Of a stretch of 64,000 nt of DNA, positions 55,226 through 64,000 are shown piece by piece. The DNA comes from a virus. The notes beneath the pieces were generated by a model, which saw only the letters and a list, made by a program, of their open reading frames with translations, was not told where the DNA came from and searched no databases. The stretch is from positions 96,545 through 160,544 of IMG/VR virus record IMGVR_UViG_3300048599_000816. One strand, written 5' to 3'. Numbering within the stretch: the first letter of the stretch is position 1; each line of letters opens with the position of its first letter. The translations under genes and the position numbers were made by a program.

Positions 55226-55476
55226 AAAATTCTCCTTTTTATAAAACTACTCTAGTATGCTCACATTCAACACCTGTGATCGATTAAGGCGTGATTACCA
55301 CCACAGTGGGCCGCTTGTTTCAGGCTGAGTCTTGTCTCTTCGTCAACCAGAGTAGCTTAATTCAAAGGTATTATAAAAGCTTTGGAAAATACATGAGAGC
55401 ATTACTAACACACAAAAAAATAAACATATAGTTTCCTATGGAATACGTTTTATGATGTGCTAGAGACCTTTCGTTT

Positions 55477-55743
55477 TCACCCGTAATAAGTATAAACTTC
55501 AAGGCCCATTTTTTTATAAAAAGCAATAAGGTTTTCTAAACTGATAGAATTTTCTTTAGGTTTTGCTACAATTTTGATCACGTCTTTGTAACCAGTTTCT
55601 CTTATCTCATTAATTGCTAATTGTATGAGTTCTTTTGCTTTTCCTTGTCTACGGTATTCTGGATAAACAAAAAGATCGTAAATGTGAGTATAGTCTAGTT
55701 CAAAATCATATTGGCAATGACCATATTGAGTTCGAATTAGCAC
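55477..55743 (-). CDS. GNAT-family N-acetyltransferase (short)
   Basis: YRRQGKAKELIQLAINEI (Q/RxxGxG/A acetyl-CoA motif). Confidence 0.45.
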   Translation of the reverse strand: MLIRTQYGHCQYDFELDYTHIYDLFVYPEYRRQGKAKELIQLAINEIRETGYKDVIKIVAKPKENSISLENLIAFYKKMGLEVYTYYG

Positions 55744-56669
55744 TAAATAATTGCTTTCTTTTTCAAACTATGTATGATAGCATCATCTATAGAAAATTTT
55801 GGTTTCCATTTTAATTTTTCAAAAGCTAATGACGAATCTGCAACCAAAAAATCAGGTTCGCCCTCTCTTTTGTTTTCTATAATTACTTGAATTTTCTTTT
55901 TTGACAAAGTCTCGACTTTATTTACAAGATCTAACACAGTATGACCCGTTTCAGAACCTAAATTATAAATGCCATTATTGTTTAATCCAAGCACTATAGC
56001 ATCACTTATATCTGAAACATGAACATAATCTCTTAAACATGTGCCATCATAAGTCGAGCAATTCATGCCATAAATCCTAAAAGGTTTGTCATTTATTACA
56101 CTTTCTAACAAAGCAATTAAAATTCTTGAACTATTATTAATACCCAGTCCAAGTTCGAGAGATGGATCCGTTCCAACAACATTAAAAAAACGAAAAATAG
56201 AATAAGAAATGTCTGAATTTATTATTGCTTTTTCAGCAATCAATTTTGAAATACCATACGGATTAATAGGCTTTAAGTCTGAGTTTTCTGTTATGGGCAT
56301 AGGTGCATTTCCATACACAGAACAAGAACTTGAAAAAACTATCTTATTTACTTCAAATTCTTTCATGATTTTTAATAAAACAATTGTTCCAGCTGCATTG
56401 TTTCGTAAATATTTTTCTGGGTCTAAAATAGATTCATTTACGAAAGCAAAAGATGCAAGATGAATAACAGCTTTAAAATTGTATTTTGAAAATATTGATC
56501 TTAAATTTTCTTCATTCAAAATATCACATATTTCAAATGTGCCATATTTTACAACATTTTTATCGCCATTGACTAAACTATCACAACAAACATGTCGATA
56601 ACCAAGACTAGATAGTTTTTTACATACATGACTACCTATATATCCAGCACCACCTGTAACTAAAATCAT
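55743..56669 (-). CDS. galE: UDP-glucose 4-epimerase-like NAD-dependent epimerase
   Basis: MILVTGGAGYIGSH; catalytic YGISKLIAE. Start set at the internal ATG (MILVTGG). Confidence 0.7.
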   Translation of the reverse strand: MILVTGGAGYIGSHVCKKLSSLGYRHVCCDSLVNGDKNVVKYGTFEICDILNEENLRSIFSKYNFKAVIHLASFAFVNESILDPEKYLRNNAAGTIVLLKIMKEFEVNKIVFSSSCSVYGNAPMPITENSDLKPINPYGISKLIAEKAIINSDISYSIFRFFNVVGTDPSLELGLGINNSSRILIALLESVINDKPFRIYGMNCSTYDGTCLRDYVHVSDISDAIVLGLNNNGIYNLGSETGHTVLDLVNKVETLSKKKIQVIIENKREGEPDFLVADSSLAFEKLKWKPKFSIDDAIIHSLKKKAII

Positions 56670-56770
56670 ATTGTTTCTCTCATTATTCAAAAACATTGCA
56701 AAGCAAATACTAAAAATGAGCATATAGGATTTCCTATATGCTCATTGTAATATGCTAGTCAATGTCGCTG

Positions 56771-58228
56771 TTATTCTTTTTTTTCATCGACGCTATCAAA
56801 AATACCTTTTGTAGTTACGCCAATTTTACTAAGAAGACCACTAATGTCAAAACCCATTTGACTCATAACTTCTTGAAGCATTCCTAAATTTTTAGGAACT
56901 TGTCCTGCAAACTTTTGCATTCCGCTTTGACCATTTCCTGAGTCGATAATAACAACTTTATCAATAGCAGAAAGAGGTTGTGCAGCTTCTCTAACAATTG
57001 CAGGGAATTTTTCTAAGATACTTGGTAATTTCTCAAGGATCATTTGAAATTGTCCTGCATCATCAAGCATTTTATAAGCTTCAGCTTTTTTCATAAGACC
57101 TTCAGCTTCACCCATAAGACGTGCTTTGATTGCGGCTCCTTCAGCTTCTCCAATTGCTAAGATTCTTGCAGCTTCTCCTTCACCTTCTAATCGAAGTTTA
57201 CTCTTTGCAGCTTCAGCACTTTTAATTGTTGAAGCACGTTCACCTTCAGCTTTGGCAATTTTTGCAGTTGCTTCTTTTTCAGCAGGAACAACTTTTTTCG
57301 CATGTTCTTCTTTTTCAGCGACAAGAATCATTTGTTCTTGAACCGCAATATTTGCTTTTTGACGAGCTTCTTCAATACCGACTTGCGCTTTTATAACTTC
57401 TTGCATTGCTTCAGCATCAGATCTTGGTCCTGCTTGCTCTGCACGTGCTCGTTCTGCAGCTACTTGCGCATCAAACATTGCTTTCTTAACATCACGTTCT
57501 TTAATTGCTTCAAAAGTAAGAGCATCGTTCTGTGCTGCAGCAATATTTCCATCTTTTTGTGCTGATGTTGATTGTTGTTTTGCTTCTTTATCTGCATTTG
57601 CTTGTCCAATTGAAGCATCACGCATAACTTCAGCAGTACGTTTTTTACCAAGGGACTCAATATACCCTGCATCATCAGTGATACTCTGAATATTTAAAAT
57701 GTCAATTCCAACACCAATTTTCCCAAGTTCACCGTCAGCTTCTGATTTTACTTTATTATTAAGAGCTTCACGATCTTTAATTAACTGTTCAATAGACATT
57801 GTACCAATTACTGAACGTAATTGACCTTCAAGGTTTTCTTGAACTGTAACATGAATATCAGCATCTCTTTTCCCTAAAAATCTTTCGACAGCTGCATTAA
57901 GCGATGCTTGATCGCTTTTAATCTTACATGTTGCAACAGCATCAATATTTACTTTAACACCATCTAAGTTGGGAATTCCTTTTAATGGCATTTTCAATTG
58001 AAAAGCCGCCATATCCATTACTTGATAGTCTTCAATAACAGGCCATTTGAATTTAGCACCGCCAGTTACGACAACAAAACCTTTATCAAGATGTTTTCTT
58101 CCAAAGAAAACAGCTGCTTTGTTGGGTGGTACTTTGATATAGTTCTTTGCAAGTAATGCGACGACAACTATTAAAGAAATTACAGCACCAACTACTACAA
58201 TTATCGGTAAAAAATCTTTAAATTCCAT
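56771..58228 (-). CDS. flotillin / SPFH (band-7) domain protein
   Basis: N-terminal TM helix, SPFH core (KAAVFFGRKH...VDMAAFQLKMPLKG), then a long Ala/Glu-rich coiled coil (EAARILAIGEAEGAAIKARLMGEAEGL). Confidence 0.75.
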   Translation of the reverse strand: MEFKDFLPIIVVVGAVISLIVVVALLAKNYIKVPPNKAAVFFGRKHLDKGFVVVTGGAKFKWPVIEDYQVMDMAAFQLKMPLKGIPNLDGVKVNIDAVATCKIKSDQASLNAAVERFLGKRDADIHVTVQENLEGQLRSVIGTMSIEQLIKDREALNNKVKSEADGELGKIGVGIDILNIQSITDDAGYIESLGKKRTAEVMRDASIGQANADKEAKQQSTSAQKDGNIAAAQNDALTFEAIKERDVKKAMFDAQVAAERARAEQAGPRSDAEAMQEVIKAQVGIEEARQKANIAVQEQMILVAEKEEHAKKVVPAEKEATAKIAKAEGERASTIKSAEAAKSKLRLEGEGEAARILAIGEAEGAAIKARLMGEAEGLMKKAEAYKMLDDAGQFQMILEKLPSILEKFPAIVREAAQPLSAIDKVVIIDSGNGQSGMQKFAGQVPKNLGMLQEVMSQMGFDISGLLSKIGVTTKGIFDSVDEKKE

Positions 58229-58240
58229 TTAATCTCTCCT

Positions 58241-58813
58241 TCATATTATTTTAACAATTCCAACGTTTCCTGAAATTCTAATAATTTCAACGTTAGTACC
58301 TGACACAATTTGACAACCATTCTCTGATTGTACATCTAAAGAACGAACTTGACCTTCAATTTCGATAGTAATTTCTCCTGTTCCTTGTTGAGGTATACCA
58401 ACTCTTAAAGGCGCTTTTAAGCCAACAAATTTTTCATTTGTAAAAAGTGATGAAGATTGTTGAGATAGAAAAAATTTGATTATACTCCATGCACAAAATC
58501 CAATAATTATTCCAGATAACAAACCAAAAACACCATCAATAAAAATTCCCAATCCTATAATTTGACGTTGTTGTATCACCCAACTACTTATCCAACTGTG
58601 TGAAACAATTGCTCCCATCCCAAAACCTACAAGAAAACAAGCCATGACTTTTGCTGAGAAAAAACTTGGGCTAATTGTATTATCAACATCATGTCCTGTA
58701 AAATCAATATGATGTTCAACATTTAACCCTTCAAACCCAAATAAAAATGATACAATCAAAAAAACAAACCCTGCTAAAAAAACACATAAATAAACTGTCA
58801 TCAACATATCCAT
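58241..58813 (-). CDS. NfeD-like membrane protein (partner of the SPFH/flotillin protein)
   Basis: Multiple N-terminal TM helices and a C-terminal OB-like beta domain (GEITIEIEGQVRSL..VSGTNVEIIRISGNVGIV). Immediately upstream of, and co-oriented with, the flotillin gene. Confidence 0.6.
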   Translation of the reverse strand: MDMLMTVYLCVFLAGFVFLIVSFLFGFEGLNVEHHIDFTGHDVDNTISPSFFSAKVMACFLVGFGMGAIVSHSWISSWVIQQRQIIGLGIFIDGVFGLLSGIIIGFCAWSIIKFFLSQQSSSLFTNEKFVGLKAPLRVGIPQQGTGEITIEIEGQVRSLDVQSENGCQIVSGTNVEIIRISGNVGIVKII

Positions 58814-58815
58814 TT

Positions 58816-59166
58816 TTAACTCTCCTTTATAAACTTAAATTTATTTGACTTTGTCTTATCTCCTACATGAGGTTTTTTGACATCGCCTGTTTTCTCAAAA
58901 CAATCTTTACATATATGTTTTATAAGAAATATTGTTTGTGAATGTTTTCCCTCAGTTTTAGTTTGATTAACGTATTTTTCGCCTGGTAAAATCGCTTTTT
59001 TACATTCAGTACATTTCCATTTTTTTCTTGCTGTAGTTGCTTTTGTAGTATATTTTGTCCCTGCAGCATCATGATAAGCATCAATCAAGTCTTTTCTTCC
59101 TTGATTTATCACATACTCAAAAATCTCTTCTAAAATCTTGTGTTGCTTGTTATATTCATAATACAT
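58816..59166 (-). CDS. hypothetical Zn-finger protein
   Basis: CTECKKAILPGEKY...CKDC. Confidence 0.3.
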   Translation of the reverse strand: MYYEYNKQHKILEEIFEYVINQGRKDLIDAYHDAAGTKYTTKATTARKKWKCTECKKAILPGEKYVNQTKTEGKHSQTIFLIKHICKDCFEKTGDVKKPHVGDKTKSNKFKFIKES

Positions 59167-59361
59167 GTTTTAATCTTCTAATTCAAGGACAATATTTGTA
59201 TCTAAGAGATTCACAGAAATGATTTTCTTTCCTAAAATTGTTATAGGATCTACAAGTTGCATTTGCTCATTAAAAACTACTTGAGTCCCGCCCAAATCTG
59301 GATGTGATTCATATTCAATCAAAATTTTCATATTGTTTTATATATTGTATATTTTCGAGAT

Positions 59362-59397
59362 AAAACAAAAAAGTCTCTGGCGCAAGTACCAGAGACT
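59362..59397 (-). terminator. rho-independent terminator of ssrA
   Basis: agtctctgg-cgcaagta-ccagagact, followed on the minus strand by TTTTTTGTTTT; about 50 nt past the tmRNA 3' end. Confidence 0.6.
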
Positions 59398-59449
59398 TTA
59401 ATGAAGAGCTGGGATAGCTCTTTAGACAGGACAGGGATAAAAATTAAAA

Positions 59450-59852
59450 TGGAGGTAAAGGGAATTGAACCCTTGTCCATAGAACAATCCAAACAAACTT
59501 CTACATGTTTATCTGATTTGTATCTTACATTCTTTTATCTTAAAACCAGAAAACTTTCTAAAAGAACGGCATAAACGTAATTTCGGTCCCCTTCTCACTT
59601 ATGCACTTCGGTTTTCCTACGCTGTGTCAATTAGATCTTAAGCTCCACAGTATTGCCTAAGTTCTTCGTTGCTTTTAATTAAGCAACAATTGTATTCGCC
59701 ATGCCCAAACGAACATTGTTCGCAAAAGCAAGAGCGAAATTAACTGCAATTTTGTTGACAGTTATATTGTAACCAGATTTTTAACGAGGCCAACTGATCA
59801 TCCTCGGCATGCAATCTGCACTTCATGTTCCATGTCGAAACCTGATACCCCC
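59450..59852 (-). ncRNA. ssrA: tmRNA (SsrA)
   Basis: RNA sense starts GGGGGUAUCAGGUUUCGAC...GCAUGCCGAGG...GUUGGCCUCGUUAAAAA, close to E. coli SsrA (GGGGCUGAUUCUGGAUUCGAC...GCAUGCCGAGG...GGUUGGCCUCGUAAAAA). The 3' end is tRNA-like: T-arm AAGGG-UUCAAUU-CCCUU, acceptor 3' UACCUCC-A pairing with 5' GGGGGUA including the G3-U wobble. The internal tag ORF ends ...ANTIVA-UAA. Confidence 0.8.
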
Positions 59853-59875
59853 CCAAAATTTTCAAAGAACTTTAT
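59853..59875 (-). promoter_or_regulatory. promoter-like motif upstream of ssrA
   Basis: caaaattttcaaagaactttatc, abutting the tmRNA 5' end. Confidence 0.45.
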
Positions 59876-59927
59876 CTAAAAATACAATAAAACAAACAAG
59901 AATATAAATAATTTTTCAAATAAAAAC

Positions 59928-60158
59928 TCAATTTTTTACAAACCATTCCCATAAGTAATTGGTTTTTTTTCTTTCAGTTTTAATTGAAAAGTATTCAATG
60001 TCTCTCCATTTAGTCATTATTCCGACTGCATCATTTTCTATAGAATGAATTTTACAAACTTCTCCTTTACTAAACACACAGCCAGGTTCCATTATTTCTG
60101 GCACATGTGTTTTAGCTATTAAAGAGTCTCCTTCTTTAATCAATTCGAAGTTATTCAT
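59928..60158 (-). CDS. hypothetical protein
   Basis: ORF track. Confidence 0.3.
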   Translation of the reverse strand: MNNFELIKEGDSLIAKTHVPEIMEPGCVFSKGEVCKIHSIENDAVGIMTKWRDIEYFSIKTERKKTNYLWEWFVKN

Positions 60159-60164
60159 TAAATT

Positions 60165-61370
60165 TCATCCTACAGGTAATCCTGACATGTATCCATTAGT
60201 TTCACCAACTAAATCTTTCATACCTTTTGCTTTAACTTCTTCAAATTGATTTTGAAAAACAAAAAACAATCTCATGACCGAAGTTGGTTTTTCATCCCAA
60301 TCAGAAACTTTCAAAGGATCAATAACAAGTTGTTGATTTATTTCAGCACCTGCACCTACACCTACTTCTTTTACTGGTGTTTCAATTCTTTGTTGAATAG
60401 CTAAATCAACACAAGCTCCACCTGCTACACCTTCAGGTCCATTGAGTCCTTGTACGCCACGTACTCCGGATTCATGATCGACATTGCTATAAAAAGAAGC
60501 ACTATCTAAGCAAGCATAACTCTCTGCAGATCCTGTTGCAAGTTTTCGACTATTAGAAAGACTTTCAAAACTAGAATTTGAGCTTTTTACGCTTCTCAAT
60601 GCCATTTTAGAATTTGACTTATTTACAGTCAGATTTGCGTCTGGATTACTTTCTCCAAGACCAATGCTCCCTGCTGCATAACATTGAGTAGATGTGTGAA
60701 AATTACAGCTTTTTGCTAAATAATTTGAAGAGGATATATGGTTTGAATACTTAATTGGTTCATTATAAGTATGCCAGATTGTCTGTTGAATAACTGGACG
60801 TTCTCTTCTTACTTTAGATCTAAAGAAAGCAAAGCCAAAAGCGGGAACTGTATCTTCTTTACCAATTACTAATTCAGGAATAGATTTTGCAAGATCTTCT
60901 GTAAAAAAGAATTGTCTTACTTTTCCATCACTTGTACGAAAACCATCCCACCATAATCTATTTGGGTGCGATACATAATTTTGCGCAGGCCACTTGAAAT
61001 TACATTTTTCGCAAAACAAACCTTCTTTGAAAGGTTCATCATGTATAGGACACTTGTCAACATATCTTTCAAGTGAAAACCCGTTAGAACGTTGTCCTGT
61101 AATTGGATTCATGCCTTTTATTGACATTAAAACTGCAGTGTTCATTTCATCATTGAGCGTCCAATCAAACCACAATCCCCAATTAGGATCAACAGGAATT
61201 ACATAGTTACCTTGTCCTGGAATCCAAGATGACAAAGGCTCTTTGAAAGAGTCAACTGGATAAACAGGTATTTGACGTCCAGAAGGAAGATCATGTACAC
61301 CTTCACCTGTCAACCTTATTGCTCTCATTATTCGTGCTGAAAACCCATTAAAATTCATTGTATACATCAT
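60165..61370 (-). CDS. hypothetical protein
   Basis: ORF track; 401 aa; C-terminal Gly/Ser/Ala-rich region. Confidence 0.35.
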   Translation of the reverse strand: MMYTMNFNGFSARIMRAIRLTGEGVHDLPSGRQIPVYPVDSFKEPLSSWIPGQGNYVIPVDPNWGLWFDWTLNDEMNTAVLMSIKGMNPITGQRSNGFSLERYVDKCPIHDEPFKEGLFCEKCNFKWPAQNYVSHPNRLWWDGFRTSDGKVRQFFFTEDLAKSIPELVIGKEDTVPAFGFAFFRSKVRRERPVIQQTIWHTYNEPIKYSNHISSSNYLAKSCNFHTSTQCYAAGSIGLGESNPDANLTVNKSNSKMALRSVKSSNSSFESLSNSRKLATGSAESYACLDSASFYSNVDHESGVRGVQGLNGPEGVAGGACVDLAIQQRIETPVKEVGVGAGAEINQQLVIDPLKVSDWDEKPTSVMRLFFVFQNQFEEVKAKGMKDLVGETNGYMSGLPVG

Positions 61371-61438
61371 AAAACTACCTCCAAGTGTTTATAATAAAAA
61401 AATAGGATACACTATTTTTTTAGTGTATCCACAATAAA

Positions 61439-62347
61439 TTAGTATGTTTTGTGTGAAGAAACTCTAAAAGGATCGTTTTCACGCGACTTTGAGATTCTTC
61501 TTTTTAAACTTGGAAGTTTATCTTCATCTTTTAATTGTTTGAACTTGAGGAATATTTTTGGGAATGTTTGTGAGAGTGTATCAAACTTTAGTTCTCTATA
61601 AAGTCTGGGTGTTTCTGTTGGAATGTTTTCTTTGACAAGTCTGAGAAATGTCAGTCTATCAATATCTTTTGTATCGTATGTTGTACCGCATTCTTCACAA
61701 TATCCATCTATTAAAAGAACATTGTTATGTATAGGACATTCAAAAAAGACATCGAGCGGAAATTCACCAACTTTGTAGATCTGTTTCATTTCACCACAAA
61801 TAACAAATGTCGATGGTGTTTCTTGATGCCGTGCTTTCCTTAACATATAAAGAGAATTTTCAACATCAACTTTCCCGTCTTCAAGAAAAACAATACAAGG
61901 TCTATCCTTACATCGTTTCTTAAGAACATCTTCAACTTCAGGAAGAGAATCTTTACCGTATGCTTCGAGAAGTTCAATATCAGAATAACCTCCAACAGGT
62001 TTAAAAGTTTTAAGAAGTTCAGCTATATTATCTGAAGATGGTTTTGTTGGTGCAGGCTTTTCTTGTTTTTGTTCAGCTAAAGAAGCCCATGCGAGTTTTA
62101 AACGAGGTACAGGAATAGCAGCACCTTCTACATGAACTTTTGCAACTGCTCCATAGAAATCATCAAATGATGTTGTCGGAGAATCTAAAATTTCTAAGCC
62201 AATTTCTGGTTCATCGATTCCCATTTCAAAAAGAATCTTATCGAGTTCACTTTTTTCAATTTTGAGATATTTTAAAGCAGCTTCAATGCGGGAATTTAAG
62301 ACTGTAACACTTCGTTCTTGAATACGATTTTCAAGGAATTCGTTCAT
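61439..62347 (-). CDS. hypothetical protein
   Basis: ORF track. Confidence 0.35.
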   Translation of the reverse strand: MNEFLENRIQERSVTVLNSRIEAALKYLKIEKSELDKILFEMGIDEPEIGLEILDSPTTSFDDFYGAVAKVHVEGAAIPVPRLKLAWASLAEQKQEKPAPTKPSSDNIAELLKTFKPVGGYSDIELLEAYGKDSLPEVEDVLKKRCKDRPCIVFLEDGKVDVENSLYMLRKARHQETPSTFVICGEMKQIYKVGEFPLDVFFECPIHNNVLLIDGYCEECGTTYDTKDIDRLTFLRLVKENIPTETPRLYRELKFDTLSQTFPKIFLKFKQLKDEDKLPSLKRRISKSRENDPFRVSSHKTY

Positions 62348-62474
62348 TTTTTTCTCCTGTTTTGAACCTTTTGGTTCGTGTTTTTACTACTCTTGTAGTG
62401 TTTGCAACTTGGTCTCACAGTTACAGTTTCCTAAGCATCTCTCTTTAAAGTCTTGAGAGCTATAGACTTCGTTT

Positions 62475-62687
62475 TTACTTCTGCATCTCCTTTCGTTTCT
62501 TGTTTATAAGAATATATATAATTGTAATTGTAACAGGCCAAAAAATCGCATAAAAAATTTTAGGTGTGATGTCTGTTGTTTTCCAAAATTTTTCTCGAGA
62601 CATAAAAACATAAAAAACAAAACATAAAATTGCATAAATTATAACAAAACTCATGTAAGGCTCACTTTTGTGTGTGTAAAATTGCAA
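62475..62687 (-). CDS. hypothetical small membrane protein
   Basis: Two hydrophobic helices. Confidence 0.25.
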   Translation of the reverse strand: MQFYTHKSEPYMSFVIIYAILCFVFYVFMSREKFWKTTDITPKIFYAIFWPVTITIIYILINKKRKEMQK

Positions 62688-63171
62688 ATTCTGTTAAAAT
62701 CGCTGTTGCTAAACCTGCAACAAAACCAAAATAAACTATGTTTTTCTCAAGCCAAGTTCGCTCAACTTTCTTATTTAAAATTTTTATTTCATTTTGATAA
62801 ATTTTTTCTACATCTAACGATTTGTCGTATAACACAGAATATAATGTGTCAACCAATGCTAACTTCTTATCTAAGTACACATTATTGTTTTTATAAAAAG
62901 TGTATAGAGCTGCTTTTTTTTCACTAATCAAAATCCCAGGCTTTAATTGTATTGTATCTTTATAAATCGTAATTAATCGCCCAGAATCGACAGCAAATTG
63001 TTTAAAATCAGGTAAAGTAGAATCAACAACATCTTTATTAGGTGGCATTAATAAGTCAATATCAAGCTTTTCAGGAAGATAACTATATTTTAAAGGTTGT
63101 TCCTGAATGTTTGTTTTTGTTGAAGCACATGAAATCAGCGATATGCAAGCAAACAAAATTAGTTTTTTCAT
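62662..63171 (-). CDS. lipoprotein (putative)
   Basis: MKKLILFACISLISCAS signal peptide with lipobox-like LISC; C-terminal hydrophobic helix. Confidence 0.35.
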   Translation of the reverse strand: MKKLILFACISLISCASTKTNIQEQPLKYSYLPEKLDIDLLMPPNKDVVDSTLPDFKQFAVDSGRLITIYKDTIQLKPGILISEKKAALYTFYKNNNVYLDKKLALVDTLYSVLYDKSLDVEKIYQNEIKILNKKVERTWLEKNIVYFGFVAGLATAILTEFAILHTQK

Positions 63172-63174
63172 GAC

Positions 63175-63546
63175 TTACCCCATTAATTCTGCTAAACGTT
63201 TACGACGTTCTCTATTATCTTCAATTTTTTGAGCATCTTTTAATTCAGTCATTAATTGTTGATTTTCAGTTTTTGCAACAGCAGCTTCAATTTTTACTAC
63301 AGTATTAACTTCTTGCAACTTCTCTTTTATTTCAGACACATGATCTTTAATTTCATCTGAATCATTAGAAGTTGTCGCAGTTGTTGCTCTAATTGTAGAA
63401 ATTATTTTCAAAATAAGAATCAAAATAGCAGGGATTAAAATTAAAGCATACTTCCAATATTTTTTCACAAAAGTTGTTTTTCTAAAAATTATCAAAAAAA
63501 CAATAGCAATACAACAAATAACTAAAAGAACAAGCTCTGTTGTCAT
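63175..63546 (-). CDS. hypothetical membrane protein
   Basis: Two TM helices followed by a coiled coil. Confidence 0.3.
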   Translation of the reverse strand: MTTELVLLVICCIAIVFLIIFRKTTFVKKYWKYALILIPAILILILKIISTIRATTATTSNDSDEIKDHVSEIKEKLQEVNTVVKIEAAVAKTENQQLMTELKDAQKIEDNRERRKRLAELMG

Positions 63547-63549
63547 TTT

Positions 63550-63972
63550 TCACTCCTTTGTTTTATCAATTTCAATCAAATTCAAACGCCCAAACTTGTT
63601 AATATTTCCAATAAGACGTTTTTGATATCTCTTTATTAAAGCATCTTTATTATCTTTTATGTCTTTAACTTTTTGCAAAACATCACAGTTATGGTCAGAT
63701 AGAACTCTATTATTTATCGCAGTATGATGTATATGAAAAACATTAAAATTCATTGTAATATTTTTCATAAATCGTTCTACTAATATTGACATGATATCAT
63801 CTTCAACACCCCATATATTGGGCTCTTCATCCCAACCCTTAATTTTCAAAAAAGCTTCTTTCTTAAAAACACTTATTGAACTAGCAAAAGTCAAATGAGG
63901 TCTAGTACTCAACGAACTTTCTTGTTTTGAAATTTTAAAAACACCAGGATTTAAGTCGTAAATAGCACTCAT
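63550..63972 (-). CDS. hypothetical protein
   Basis: ORF track. Confidence 0.3.
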   Translation of the reverse strand: MSAIYDLNPGVFKISKQESSLSTRPHLTFASSISVFKKEAFLKIKGWDEEPNIWGVEDDIMSILVERFMKNITMNFNVFHIHHTAINNRVLSDHNCDVLQKVKDIKDNKDALIKRYQKRLIGNINKFGRLNLIEIDKTKE

Positions 63973-64000
63973 AGGATTTACAGCATCATACTCACCTATT

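Noticed and set aside
56757-56775. TTGACT...TACAAT resembling a sigma-70 -35/-10 promoter upstream of galE.
   Set aside because: The spacing between the two hexamers is only about 7 nt. The conserved feature is instead the CTAGCATAT-plus-hairpin element reported as a finding.

Overview
This window is AT-rich and almost all of its genes lie on the minus strand, packed tightly with overlapping stop/start junctions (ATGA). It reads as an accessory arm of a large (jumbo-type) bacteriophage or phage-like element. The host is probably a member of Bacteroidota: one protein carries a type IX secretion C-terminal sorting domain, and a TTTG-containing promoter-like motif recurs directly upstream of RNA genes.

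Recognisable content:
- Nucleotide and DNA metabolism: a P-loop kinase, a MazG-HAD fusion, a second MazG-like protein, a divergent ThyX-like protein next to a GIY-YIG endonuclease, PurM, a glutamine-dependent NAD synthetase, an isochorismatase/nicotinamidase-like hydrolase, SSB, a ParB-like protein, an Fe-S UDG-family glycosylase split by an intein, an HhH-GPD glycosylase, and a YhaM-like OB-fold plus HD nuclease.
- A TerY-P-like triad: a von Willebrand A protein, a Ser/Thr-kinase-like protein and a PP2C phosphatase.
- A glycan module: UDP-galactopyranose mutase, several DxD glycosyltransferases including a convergent paralogue pair, a GalE-like epimerase, a GNAT acetyltransferase and an SDR epimerase/dehydratase.
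- A flotillin/NfeD pair.
- An RNA-end-processing block (RNA-ligase-family nucleotidyltransferase, Nudix, HNH, SAM methyltransferase, Thg1-like 3'-5' polymerase) immediately upstream of a large minus-strand tRNA array of about 19 canonical tRNAs.
- The tRNA array is interspersed with three free-standing DUF559/Vsr-like homing endonucleases; the intein carries the same nuclease type.
- A tmRNA (ssrA) gene with its own terminator.

The most unusual feature is a tandem pair of about 170-nt elements inside the tRNA array. Each contains every tRNA hallmark, but in circularly permuted order (T-arm and 3' acceptor strand first, then 5' acceptor strand, U8, D-arm and anticodon arm). Each is closed by a long-range 10-bp helix, and the two copies show compensatory base changes in three helices. 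I interpret them as permuted tRNA genes, or at least permuted tRNA-like RNAs, possibly matured by the adjacent Nudix/RNA-ligase/Thg1 module.

All coordinates for RNA features are hand-derived and approximate to about ±3 nt.
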